Of a DNA stretch of 64,000 bases, positions 26,601-36,700 are shown piece after piece (position 1 is the first letter of the stretch; each line of letters starts with the position of its first letter). A model generated the notes under the pieces. The model was not told the DNA's origin, did not search any database, and worked only from the letters and a program-made list of their open reading frames with translations. Both the position numbers and the translations under genes were made by a program. Source of the stretch: Hemiscyllium ocellatum (taxonomy: Eukaryota); NCBI RefSeq assembly GCF_020745735.1, contig NC_083423.1, positions 23,932,001 to 23,996,000 on the forward strand, in the 5' to 3' direction.

Positions 26601-29600
26601 AGGTGTTTCAGTTTTTGACCTGTGCCTCACCACACACTTTACATTCAACAATCAGATATACGAACAAATCAACGGAACACCCATGGGATCACCAATCTCG
26701 GGACTCATAGCAGAGGCAGTTATGCAAAGGTTAGAACATACAGCCCTACCACAAATCCAACCCAAACTCTGGATCAGATACGTCGATGACACCTTTGTAA
26801 TCATCAAAAACACAGAAATAGAAAAAACACACCGAATCATCAACGCCACACTCACAGGAATACGATTCACGAGAGAAGAGGAAAAGGATAGCCAACTCCC
26901 ATTCCTAGACGTGTTAGTAGAGAGAACACCCAACGGAGAATTCACCACAAGGGTACACAGGAAACCAACACACACAGACCAAGTCCTAAACTATGAAAGT
27001 AACCACCCCAACACACACAAACGAAGCTGCATCAGGACACTATTCAAAAGAGCCACAACACACTGCAGTACACCAGAATTGCAAAAAGAGGAAGAGGAAC
27101 ACCTATACAAGGTATTCGCCAAAAACGGATACCCATGCAACTTTTATCACCAGATGCCTAAGAGATAGACCATGGAACGAGGACATGCCACAACCAAAAG
27201 GACTAGTCACACTACCATACGTCAGGAGCGTCTCAGAACTGACAGCCAGACTACTGCAACCCTTAGGTCTCATAACAGCACACAAGCCAACTTCCACACT
27301 CAGACAACAACTCACTAGAACAAAGGACCCAATAGCCAGCACGAGCCAAACTAACGTAGTTTACAAAATACCATGCAAGGACTGCACAAAACACTATATA
27401 GGACAAACAGGAAGACAGCTAACAATCCGCATCCATGAACATCAGCTAGCCACAAAACGACACGACCAGCTATCCCTAGTAGCCATACACTCAGACAACC
27501 AGGAACATGAATTTGACTGGGAAAACACTACCATCATAGGACAAGCCAGACAGAGAACAGCCAGGGAATTCCTAGAGGCATGGCATTCATCCACAAACTC
27601 CATTAACAGACACATGGACCTGGACCCCATATACAAACCACTACAGCTGAAACTGACACCCGGAAGCGGCAAGAACATCCATCAACAGACACATGGACCT
27701 GGACCCCACATACAAACTACTACAGCTGAAACTGACACCCGGAAGCGGCAAGAACAAATCACTATAAATACTGGAAGAAACATCAAAGCAGCACTTCACA
27801 GGAGGCTCCAATAGCACTGATGATGTTCCCTAGCCAGGGAACGAAACGTTTGCAGCAAAAACTTCCAGCTCGGCGAACAGAACCACAACAGAAAATCGAT
27901 TTGAAGCCGAGGCGAGTGGTGAAGACAGTAGAGCAACAATGGCAGGAGTTTCTGGGTGTAATTGAGGATATAGTACAGAGGTTCATCCTAAAGAAAAGAA
28001 AGCTTAGCCGGAGGGGGGGGTGATTAGACAGCCAAGAAACAAATGAAAGGCAAAAGTAGAGATTGGGCCACTCCAAATTGATGCAGGAAATCTAGTGATG
28101 GGAGATAAGGAAAAAGCTGAAGAACTTACTTTGTGTCTGTCTTCACAGTGGAAGGCATGAGTAATACCCCAATAATTAATGAGAGTCAAGGGGTAGAGTT
28201 GAGTATGGTAGCCATTACAAAAGAAAGTGCTAAAAAGTCTAAAAATTGATAAATCTCCTGGCCCTGATGGGCTACATCCTAGAGTTCTGAGGGAGGTGGC
28301 TGAGGAAATAGTGGAGGTGTTGGTTGTAATCTTTCAAAAATCACTGGAGTCAGGGAAAGTCCCGGATGATTGGAAAATCACTGTTGTAACCCCCTTGTTC
28401 AAGAAAGGATCAAGACAAAAGATGAAAAATTATAGACCAATTAGCCTAACCTTGGTTGTAGGTAAAATTCTAGAATCCATCGTTAAGGATGAGAGTTCTA
28501 AATTTTGGAAGTGCAGGGTCAGATTAGAACAAGTCAGCATGGATTTAGTAAGGGGAGGTCGTGCCTGACAAACCTGTTAGAATTCTTTTGAAGAGGTAAC
28601 AAGTAGGTTAGACCAGGGAAACCCAGTGGATGTTATCCACCTAGACTTCCAAAAGGCCTTTTATAAGGTGCCACACGGGAGGCTGCTGAGTAAGATGAGG
28701 GCCCATGCTGGTCAAGGTGAGCTACTGGCATGGATTGAGGATAGACTGTCTGACAGAAGGCAGAAAGTAAAGATAAAAGGTTCTTTTTCGGAATGACAAC
28801 TAGTGACAAGTGGTGTCCTGCAGGGTTCAGTGTTGGGGCTTTATATATTAATGATTTGAATGAAGGGACTGGGGCATTCTGCTGAAGTTTGCCATTGATA
28901 TGACGTTAGGTGGACAGGCAGGTAGTTCTAAGGAGGTGGGGAGGCTGCAGAATGTTTTAGACAGTTTAGGAGGGTGATCCAGGAAATGGCTGATGAAATT
29001 CACTGTGAGCAAATGCGAGGTCTTGCACTTTGGAAAAAAGAATACAGGCATGGACTATTTTCCGAACGATAAGAAAGTTCATAAAGCCAAAGTACAAAGG
29101 GATCTGGAAGTGTTAGTCCAGGATTCTCTAAAGGTTGCCTTGCAGGTTGAATCCATGATTAAGAAAGCAAATGTAATGTTTCCATTTATCTCAAGAGGGT
29201 TGAATGTAAAAGCAGTGATGTGCTACTGAGACTTTATAAAGCTCTGGTTAGGCCCAATTTAGAATACTGTCCAATTTTGGGCCCCACAGCTGAGGAAGGA
29301 CATGCTGACAGTGGAGCGTGACCAACGGAGATTCACACGGATGATCCCTGGAATGGCAGGCCTAACGTATGATGAACAGCTGAGGATCCCGGGATGGTAT
29401 TCATTTGAATTTAGAAGGTTGAGGGGAGATCTAATAGAGACTTAGAAGGTAATGCATGGCTTAGAAAGGGTGGACACTGGGAATTTGTTTCTGTCAGGTG
29501 GGGATACTAGGACCCGTGGGCACAGTCTTAGAATTAGACGGGGTCAATTTAGAATGGAAATGAGGAGACATTTCTTCAGCCAGAGCGTGGTGAGCCTGTG

Positions 29601-31217
29601 GAATTCATTGTTACGGAGCGCAGCGGAGGACGAGACATTAAATGTCTTCAAGGTAGAGATTGATAAATTCTTGATCTAGCAAGAAATTAAGGGCAGCAGG
29701 GAGAGTGCGGGTTATTGGTGTTGAAATGCCCATCAGCCATGATTGACTGGTGGAGTAGATTCAATGGGGCTGAATGGTCTGTCTTCCGCTTGTACGTCTT
29801 ATGGTCTTAAGATTTAAGTTCCCTTTACATTTTGCTATAAAACATGTTCAGAGTATATATAATATCGGTTGGATGTAGAGTAAAGCTCACACCATGATGT
29901 TCATGGAAGGCACCAGATTCCTGTTGTGGCTCTGGAAGGATAGGAAGAGATGAGAACAGAAGTTCAGGGAGTAGGGCAGATAAGGTCAAGAGGCTGTCAA
30001 CCACAGTAAAGCAGAGTCCTCATTTAAAGAAAAGGGTCATTATCATCAGAATAGATATAATTAAGTTGGAGAAGCTGCTGAATTGAATTGAGTCATAACC
30101 TGAAAACCTGGTGAAAAGAAATCTGATCAAGATAACTTCAGGAATCTGTGGCTTGTGGTGAATATTAATTGGTGATCATTCACCAGCAATGTAGATTGAG
30201 AAATCAAAGAGGAAAGAGTTAAAGATGATGGTTAAGGGAGGGAAGGATGGAATTTTGAAACAAAACCAAACATGTTTCATTTTGGATAGACGGCCAAGAG
30301 TGACACCAGTGCAGTCCTCAGAGGATGAGAATGCGGGAGGAGAACGGAGCAGGACAGGAACGAATGTTCACATTCCCCATGAAAAACACCGATCTGGTTA
30401 GGTTCCCATAACAACAACTCTTATTTACTAGAAAGGAGTGGGGTCAAATGTAAATCTGGTCAGCATAAGAACACATTCAGCTGGTGGTGCAAGGTGCAGA
30501 CGGTTTGTACCTCACTTCATGGAAGAAGTGTGAGCATCTCAGCCAGTCCTCTGGTTGCTAGGAGTGATGGTATTTGAGGGCAGGGCATGCTGATGGAGGA
30601 GATAGAAGAACTGGATACCCATGTTAGAATGGAGGCAAGTTAGCATCTGGAATATATTCAGTTGATGAATGTCAACAGAAGTAACCAGACAATAGGGGAA
30701 ATAACGAATAAGTTTTATGGTTAAAGAACAGACTGAAATGATGAGTCTCACACAGCACTCCTGTTTGTGGATCTTGGGCATGATGTAAAGCTCCCTCCAT
30801 CCGTGCCAACTCGTGCAATAGTCATGTGCTGCATTTATCTGTCTGCTTCAGCCACCTCCATTTTTGTAACTATTGTTTTTCTCACAGGACAAAGTACAGC
30901 CCAAACGGGCTGTGAAGGATATTTTGCCAACCATCCTGAAACTAACCCGTGAACAGGTGGAGCCCTACTCTGGGGAGCAGGTGATTTGGGGACTGTATCT
31001 TGCTGTGTTCTTCATCTCCTTGCTCAAGGCACTGACAAATCGCAAAGACGAAGGGAGCCCATTGAAGCCAGGTTCAAGGAGACGCGAGGGAAAGAATGTG
31101 AGTGGTGATGAGGAGGTGGATGCTGATGGGAGGTGGAAGGAACTTCGACGATCAGAGGGTAAAATGCGACAACCTGCTGAGGAACAGCCACTAGAGAATG
31201 TTCGTAGAAGAAAGTAA
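3442..31217 (+). CDS. LMF2: Lipase maturation factor 2, spliced gene, 14 coding exons, 711 aa
   Basis: join(3442-3535,9934-10187,14219-14247,14428-14624,15581-15759,16528-16666,16870-17010,19126-19231,19973-20069,22399-22581,22957-23125,23391-23502,24510-24615,30888-31217) = 2136 nt. All introns are GT-AG and the frame is continuous. LMF motifs: [86 protein letters not shown]. Convergent with MIOX, as in human. Confidence 0.96.
3957..3988 (-). ncRNA. Hammerhead-like motif (GAGTC/GACTC family), stem I eroded
   Basis: CTGAAGA-A-aAGTCactccgGACTc-GAAAC-GTT within a PLE tail at about 3810-3990. Confidence 0.6.
4330..4805 (+). mobile_element. CR1/HER1-type LINE 3' fragment
   Basis: RFTRMLPG...RLR.DL.EVYKI remnant; tail tgctgtacatctccatgactcta. 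Confidence 0.8.
6587..6870 (-). mobile_element. HE1/V-type tRNA-derived SINE
   Basis: V-domain (gtgtggagtttgcacattctc...ccgggtgctccggtttcc) and (AATCT)n tail. Confidence 0.85.
8150..9745 (+). mobile_element. Decayed Neptune-type PLE with decayed hammerhead at about 9612-9641, interrupted by a SINE
   Basis: [15 protein letters not shown] homology to the 53108 ORF; tail gtGAAGA-A-GAGTCactgGACTC-aAAAt-GTT with stem I AGTT/AACT. Confidence 0.75.
9048..9352 (+). mobile_element. HE1/V-type SINE
   Basis: tRNA-like head tggcacagtggttagcac...ggttcaattccc, V-domain, aatctaatct tail. Confidence 0.9.
9934..10187 (+). CDS. LMF2: LMF2 coding exon 2
   Basis: Acceptor ttttctgacag|; [13 protein letters not shown]...[10 protein letters not shown]; donor |gtgggt. 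Confidence 0.94.
10313..10341 (-). ncRNA. Decayed hammerhead-like motif of a fourth family (GAAAG-CT type)
   Basis: CTGACGA-A-GTGGCaatGCTCT-GAAAG-CTG inside a short repeat at about 10225-10350. Confidence 0.5.
10355..13780 (-). mobile_element. Long decayed CR1-type LINE
   Basis: Remnants of endonuclease ([15 protein letters not shown]), RT and the 3' tail on -. Confidence 0.75.
14219..14247 (+). CDS. LMF2: LMF2 coding exon 3 (29 nt)
   Basis: ttctccag|VGQVFLYFQ(W)|gtgagt. Confidence 0.93.
14428..14624 (+). CDS. LMF2: LMF2 coding exon 4
   Basis: tttgtag|[11 protein letters not shown]...[15 protein letters not shown]|gtgagt. Confidence 0.95.
15581..15759 (+). CDS. LMF2: LMF2 coding exon 5
   Basis: ccttgcag|[23 protein letters not shown]...FAFYTQ|gtaagc. 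Confidence 0.95.
16528..16666 (+). CDS. LMF2: LMF2 coding exon 6
   Basis: tctgcag|[19 protein letters not shown]...KKQNPQ|gtgagt. Confidence 0.93.
16870..17010 (+). CDS. LMF2: LMF2 coding exon 7
   Basis: ccctatag|RLGWLRTLQ...IIESKT|gtataa; phase 1/1 fits neighbours. Confidence 0.88.
19126..19231 (+). CDS. LMF2: LMF2 coding exon 8
   Basis: ttcccag|[15 protein letters not shown]...[11 protein letters not shown]|gtgtgt. Confidence 0.9.
19973..20069 (+). CDS. LMF2: LMF2 coding exon 9
   Basis: ctttcctag|[15 protein letters not shown]...MFAVSL|gtgagt. Confidence 0.9.
21505..22040 (+). mobile_element. CR1/HER1-type LINE 3' fragment (internally deleted)
   Basis: [17 protein letters not shown], tail tgctgtatatccctatgactcta. 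Confidence 0.8.
22399..22581 (+). CDS. LMF2: LMF2 coding exon 10
   Basis: caccccag|VPFTFIE...[30 protein letters not shown]|gtagga. Confidence 0.95.
22957..23125 (+). CDS. LMF2: LMF2 coding exon 11
   Basis: ttcttag|[10 protein letters not shown]...[15 protein letters not shown]...LLQGKRN|gtgagt. Confidence 0.95.
23391..23502 (+). CDS. LMF2: LMF2 coding exon 12
   Basis: gcttttag|[32 protein letters not shown]...|gtaagt. Confidence 0.93.
23572..23604 (+). repeat. (TG)n microsatellite
   Basis: About 16 TG units. Confidence 0.95.
23757..23910. mobile_element. Two-tailed inverted PLE mini-element
   Basis: Reverse tail plus forward tail; 14 bp TSD TTCACAT(T/G)GTACTG at 23743-23756 and 23911-23924. 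Confidence 0.75.
23816..23846 (+). ncRNA. Minimal hammerhead ribozyme motif, core intact
   Basis: CTGATGA-C-GAGTCatctaGACTC-GAAAC-GTT; stem I imperfect (aagct/gactt). Confidence 0.7.
24510..24615 (+). CDS. LMF2: LMF2 coding exon 13
   Basis: cctacag|[35 protein letters not shown]|gtgaag. Confidence 0.92.
25142..25175 (-). ncRNA. Minimal hammerhead ribozyme (Poseidon terminal repeat)
   Basis: gca-CTGATGA-T-GTTCCCTagccAGGGAAC-GAAAC-GTT-tgc. Confidence 0.85.
25178..26557 (-). CDS. PLE reverse transcriptase/GIY-YIG endonuclease, 5'-truncated but open
   Basis: 459 aa ORF with intact YVDD and GIY-YIG motifs. Confidence 0.85.
   Translation of the reverse strand: MDIIRNTHIDKEETMVSFDVTALFTSIDKTLARKTIANLLDIHNRTQEAEPINKDGILKLLDLCLTTHFTFNNQIYEQINGTPMGSPISGLIAEAVMQRLEHTALPQIQPKLWIRYVDDTFVIIKNTEIEKTHRIINATLTGIRFTREEEKDSQLPFLDVLVERTPNGEFTTRVHRKPTHTDQVLNYESNHPNTHKRSCIRTLFKRATTHCSTPELQKEEEEHLYKVFAKNGYPRNYITRCLRDRPRNEDMPQPKGLVTLPYVRSVSELTAGLLRPLGLITAHKPTSTLRQQLTRTKDPIASTSQTNVVYKIPCKDCTKHYIGQTRRQLTIRIHEHQLATKRHDQLSLVAIHSDNQEHEFDWENTTIIGQARQRTAREFLEAWHSSTNSINRHMDLDPIYKPLQLKLTPGSGKNIHQQTHRPGPHIQTTTAETDTRKRQEQTTINTGRNIKAALHRRLQ
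26617..27814 (+). pseudogene. PLE RT/GIY-YIG second copy, 5'-truncated with a +1 frameshift near 27143
   Basis: ORFs 26683-27168 and 26993-27814 together match the minus-strand copy. Confidence 0.85.
27817..27850 (+). ncRNA. Minimal hammerhead ribozyme (Poseidon terminal repeat)
   Basis: gca-CTGATGA-T-GTTCCCTagccAGGGAAC-GAAAC-GTT-tgc; 7 bp stem II, 3 bp stem I, palindromic AAACGTTT. Confidence 0.85.
30888..31217 (+). CDS. LMF2: LMF2 last coding exon
   Basis: ttctcacag|DKVQPKR...; transmembrane-like [15 protein letters not shown]; charged tail ending NVRRRK*. Confidence 0.88.
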   Translation, partial: DKVQPKRAVKDILPTILKLTREQVEPYSGEQVIWGLYLAVFFISLLKALTNRKDEGSPLKPGSRRREGKNVSGDEEVDADGRWKELRRSEGKMRQPAEEQPLENVRRRK

Positions 31218-32405
31218 TCACAAGAGTCTTTTTTTTTTAAACTGATTTATATTTTTCTATTATATCTAACTCTCTCCCTCACATTTCTGCTGTGGCTCAT
31301 TTGGGAATGAGAGAGGCTCTTTGCCAGACTGCATGTTACACCTGCCAAATGATGGACATGATCCCATCTGATCCTAGGGTGCCACTTGCTTAGGATCTAA
31401 ATGTCTGAGGTAGAAGCAGACTGGTTATTTAAAAGGAAAACTTTACTAAATCTCCTCTGAGCCTTCTGTGCTCCATTAGGAACAGCGCCAGTTTCAAGTA
31501 TCTCCTCAAAGCTTTAGTTCCCATTCTTGAAATCATGTAGAATATACACTGTTTCCTCTGTGGCTTTAATGTATTTTCTGTAATGGACAGCCAGACTGCA
31601 CTAAGTTTTCAACTGTGGGCTAACAAGTGCTGTGTCTAACTTTATTATCTATTTACACTAAGTTCTGTATTTAATTGAAGTATTTAACTTGGTGACCAGT
31701 AGAATTCATTTGCACAATCTACAGATTATTGTACAGATATGCCTTGAGTTATTGGATCCCAAGTGCCCAAGTTTCACTGATCAGGTAGTGTGTGTAATGG
31801 GGTTCAGTGTTTCATGCTTGAGAGCTCCTTCTGTACTTTGGTTGGTAAACTGGCTGCTTTTTGTATATTGAGGGGATTTTAAGAGTCTGTTCCCATCTTG
31901 ACAATGTCTTCTCTTGTCCATGGTTGCAAGCCTTCCACTGACAAGGATTGTGTTAATATATTTCAAAGTTATGCTTTAGTCCTTCTGTCAGGCCCGTATT
32001 AAATCTTTGTGAATTGATAATCACTAATGTCTGGTTCAAAGTGACATCACATTCTGTATCCAAATGTCCAGCAGTCTGGCTCAGGAAAGGTTGCTGTGAT
32101 GCAGTTCTGCCTCTAGTTGTCAGTAACTCACCACAAAACCCATCTGATTCCATGGTGTTCGAATCATGGATTCTCACTCACATCTGACTGGACTTGCAAG
32201 TTTCTCAATCCTCATTCCAACCACGTGTCACCCTGCACCCACTATGAGTCAGCATGTTACAGTTTTTAACTGCTGATCCCTGGTGAAATGGTAGCTTATC
32301 TTTCGTGGTATTTAATGGGCTCTTGCTGTTGCCTTGGTCCCAATTTAATTTGTAATTTGTTCATGATGCTGTGTTAAGAGGAATTGTCAAAATTCTCACT
32401 TCTGC

Positions 32406-32411
32406 AATAAA
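32406..32411 (+). terminator. Candidate LMF2 polyadenylation signal
   Basis: AATAAA about 1.2 kb after the stop, followed by GT/T-rich sequence. Confidence 0.5.
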
Positions 32412-32775
32412 ATTTCCCTGCTCAAAATATTCCGGTGATGTTGGAACTCCATGGATTCTTGTTTTGTACAATATTATATGTAAATTTTCTTTAAACAGAG
32501 TTTGAGTGCAAGTTCCTAGAATAGATCTTGGGTGTTTGGAATCCTAACATGCATCAAATTGAGGAGCTCAAGCTGAATGAAATAATGTGTAAGACAAGAG
32601 TCTTCAATGTCAGGTACAGTATCTCTGCAACAGCACTTCATTGATGCATTTCTCATTCCCTTATACTCTGCGATACAACATTCTATTTGTCGAAAAGCTT
32701 TGTGCAACAATCAAAACTTTGATGAAGATACTAAAACTAATAACTGCAAGTGGCCCTAATTTCAGTACTATTGTG

Positions 32776-32781
32776 TTTATT
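32776..32781 (-). terminator. Candidate MIOX polyadenylation signal (alternative at 33017-33022)
   Basis: TTTATT on + (AATAAA on -) about 0.9 kb past the MIOX stop. Confidence 0.4.
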
Positions 32782-33662
32782 GATTAATGATAATTGTTAC
32801 AATACCCATAGTCACAACAGGATAGTCAAAGTTTGTTCTGTCAAATTGGAACTGCTGTTTAACAAACTGCCTCTCACCCTCTGCTCTGGATTGGCCTATT
32901 CTCCACCTGCTGTTAATTATTCTAAAGTTTGTTCCCTAGCTGTTTGCATTTTACCCTTGCTAATTCCTCTACACTGAAGGAGACCAGGAAACATCCTCAT
33001 AGTCTTCACTCAAGTGTTTATTTCTGTCTTGAGTCTGTGTTTCCCTGGGCTGTGGCAGTCACAGACTAAGGCTGTTGACCCATTACCTGAACAACTGTTG
33101 TAGTGTTAACAGGTGTAACTTGTTCACCTAAACTATTTAAAACAGGGTATTTGTCTGAGACAAAGTGGTGTACCCCCAGTTTATCCAACTCCTCCACTGT
33201 AACCCACTAAAATTCAGATTTTTTTAAAAAAATCACTGTTACTAATATGAAATATATTTAACTTCAAGGCCTCAAATACATCCAAAAGCTTGTGTAAGAT
33301 TTGATAGTGAGTGGAGCAGTGATGTTGTGAAAAACAGTAACTGGATGTGATTCATTCTCGATTACAACAGCATTGGAACACTCCACAGGATGGATTACAG
33401 GTGCACAGAACAGTTATTTAAAATTAGAACATATGGATCAATGGGATGTGTGTCTGATCCATATAATTCATACTCAGACTAAATCGATACATCCTGTCCT
33501 GAAGTTGGAATCCAGCTTTACATAGTAAAGTGTTTGATTCAAGTTCAACAGCCATTTTGATTGAAAGTCATCATTTTAGCCAATTTGCAAAAAGATATTC
33601 TGGTTCTGAAGCCGTTGATCCAAGACTATGGCACTGATTTGACGTTGAATACATTCTGCTGG

Positions 33663-33771
33663 TTACCAGCGCAGTTTTCCTGGACAATACTTATCAATCA
33701 GTTTCTGATAGTAGGGCTGCAATGTCTTCACATGAGGCAAGTCATCACACTTGGTGTACAGATCAAATTTG
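33663..33771 (-). CDS. MIOX: MIOX last coding exon
   Basis: tttgcag|(N)[35 protein letters not shown]. Confidence 0.95.
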
Positions 33772-36700
33772 CTGCAAACACAGAAGGGTGTGGTTAGGCT
33801 AGCAGCAAGCATAACAACATGGAAAATCCTTCCCTTCCAATAACAGTCTCTCCCATTACTATCCTCCCATTTTTACTGTTCCAGTTAGGTTTTTATTCTG
33901 GGAGACTACTCCATATCTCATTTTCTTTGATTTTCCACTTTAAACATCAGTTGAAAATCACCAAACCATCTTCATAAGTTGTTCCCAATGCTGTCACTCC
34001 CATAGTGACACAGTCTCGAACAGTCATGAGCACTAAAACCAGTTACATATTCCAGTAGCTACAACATCGACGAAAGTGTTATTCCCTAATGGTTTCCACA
34101 GTTTTCATATTGGCTCTTTGTTGTATTAACACAGCCTAGTTTACTGATTTTTAACCTGCTTCAGACATTTATGTTCCCCATGCTTTTGATTGTGTGACAC
34201 AGAATTAAAAGCTTTACTGAAACTTCAAAGGAAGTTTAACAGAGTTTTGATTAGAATAGCTTGAGAATTTTTAATGAACTTACTTAAATTCTTGAACCCA
34301 TTGAAGCATTTGCAGGTCTTTGCTGTTACAAAGATGCATGTAATCTCCCTCTGTGTGCCAGGGGTAGAATGAATGGAAGCGGACCATATACAGTCCCTGC
34401 ACCAAACATACAAACATGGACAGATAGACACATGCACAGACAGCATCAAATGTTTATTGATACCAATATAATCTTTAGATTTTACTCTTTTCTTGACTTC
34501 TTCCCTATAATTTCACCTTCCCATCAGCTGATGCTTTCTCCAGAATTGCCCCTCTGAGTGTAGCTGAGGCAGTGCTGCCCTTTCTAACATATGCTCCTAC
34601 AACACTACCGCTCCAGCAGAGGGGCACTCCTGTTGTACAGTCACCCAGGAGTTCATCCTGGATTTTGTGTTCAAGTCACTGCAATGAGACTCAAACCCAT
34701 GACATAACTGTTGTACCCCTGAGCTATGACTGCCTGGAAGATCATGCAGTTGTGGTGAGCAGTGATCCAGATTTAAGCTCAGAGAAGAAAGACAAAGGCT
34801 TTTACACTTACCTCTTCAGGAAGTTTGCACCCATTAGTTTTCAGCACATTGTACAGATATTCTACAAGAGAAAGATCCAAGTTAAATCTCAGGAAGTAGC
34901 CCTGGAACTCAGATCATCACATTTAACAAGGTTTTAAAAGTTTTTTTTGTTTCATTTGTTTTTTTCCCACTTTCTTGCCCTCCTACAAACACATAATATA
35001 TTAAGGTGTGATGGGGAGTGCAACACAGTCCACCTGTTTTGAGTGTTTGCCAAACCCACTTTCAGGAAACTCATTTTCTTTCAGTTATATCAGCCTTAAA
35101 ACAAAATTTTCCTCTTTGGATTCTTAGACCAGTAACTGAAGGTAAGGTCCACTCGAGTGAACTCCTAGCAGCCTCAAAGATTGTGGCTATTTTCTAATCA
35201 ACCTGTTCAGAAATGTTATTAAAAACCTCCAGGATCTCCTAGCTCAGAGGAAGTAGGGACACTACCAATGTGGCACAAGAGCCCCTCCTTAAAGGTCGTA
35301 AATTCTCTGACTCATTGCACTTATGGTGATGATCCTAGTCATTGCTGGAATTACCTACCAATCTCATTTTCCTGTTCTGCAGCATATCTGTTCATATCCT
35401 TCTTTCTGAAATCCTTATCCAGTTGAATCATGTGAGCTGTTTTAAATGTTGTTAGTCTCTGAGTAAGTCATTCCAGCTGATACTCCTCTTTTGAAAACCT
35501 AATTAATCCATTCCCTCCAATGATAATCTTCAAACTGTGACCCTGTTAGAGTTCTGTTTTTCTCTAACTATTAAGGGTTCAAAGTTTGTGAGAAGATTTG
35601 TAGCTCGGGTGCTCGTTGTTGTGGTTCTGTTCGCCGGACTGGGAGTTTTTGTTGCAAACATTTCGTCCCCTTTCTAGGTGACATCCTCAGTGCTTGGGAG
35701 CCTCCTGTGAAGCGCTTCTGTGCTGATTCCTCCAGCACTGAAACTATTAAGGGTTTCAGTGACTGGTGATAATTGTCAATGTGTCTCCCTTGTTAACTAA
35801 TTCACTGACCATTTCATTGTTTCCCACTGCAAAATATTTTATAGTTATTACACAATGAAAAACACTTCTTTCGTTTAGCTTCTATGTTAGCTACCCATAG
35901 GGGTAAAATTTTTTTTAGATTAGCAAGCTGCAACTAGTAAAATGCAAGAGGAATTAGTACTATTTTGCAAAGATTTGCAAAATGGAACTGAATGTATGGA
36001 TTTGAAATTTACTGATGACACCTGCGAATTGGGAAAGTAAGTTGTCAAGAGGAAGTGGAGAATGTACAAAGTGATATAGACCTGGCAAAAATTTGGAGAG
36101 AGATAATGTAGATAAATGTGAACTTTGCAATTTTAGCAGAAATATTTGAAAAATAATATCCAATGTAACTGGAGAAAAATTGCAGAACTGTGCTGTTGAG
36201 GGATCTGCATGTCTTGGAACATGAAGTAAGTATACAGTTACAGCAAGTGATAAAGAAAACAAGGGGAATGTCTGTATTTATTACAAGAGACATGGAACAC
36301 AAAGGGGAAGTTTTACTGCAGCTGGACATGATCCTGATGGGACCATATCTGGAATTCAGTGTACAGTTTTTAATCTAATTTAGAAAAAGATAATTATTAA
36401 AAATAGTTTGGGTAGGTTTCACTCAACACATTTCGTGGATGAAGGCCTTATCTTGTGAAGACCGTTTGAATAGTTTAAGCCAGTACCCATTAGAGTTTAG
36501 ATTAGATTAGATTAGATTAGACTTACAGTGTGGAAACAGGCCCTTCGGCCCAACAAGTCCACACCGACCCGCCGAAGCGCAACCCACCCATATCCCTACA
36601 TTTACCCCTTACCTAACACTACGGGCAATTTAGCATGGCCAATTCACCTGACCCGCACATCTTTGGACAGTGGGAGGAAACCGGAGCACCCGGAGGAAAC

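Larger units (their letters stand above)
25066..27889. mobile_element. Poseidon-type Penelope-like retrotransposon, two 5'-truncated copies head-to-head
   Basis: RT motifs [23 protein letters not shown] and GIY-YIG ([24 protein letters not shown]); 12 bp TSD AGAAAATCGATT at 25054-25065 and 27890-27901. Confidence 0.93.
24680..29810 (+). mobile_element. CR1-type LINE interrupted by the Poseidon insertion
   Basis: VIMGDF endonuclease motif left of the insert; KSPGPDG, YRPISL, CEVLHFG and the 3' tail tcttatggtctta right of it. Confidence 0.85.

Noticed and set aside
26016-26975. Identical 107 aa ORFs on opposite strands (also the 78 aa pair at 25314 and 27442)
   Set aside because: They are antisense shadows of the PLE ORF, duplicated by the inverted repeat; not genes.
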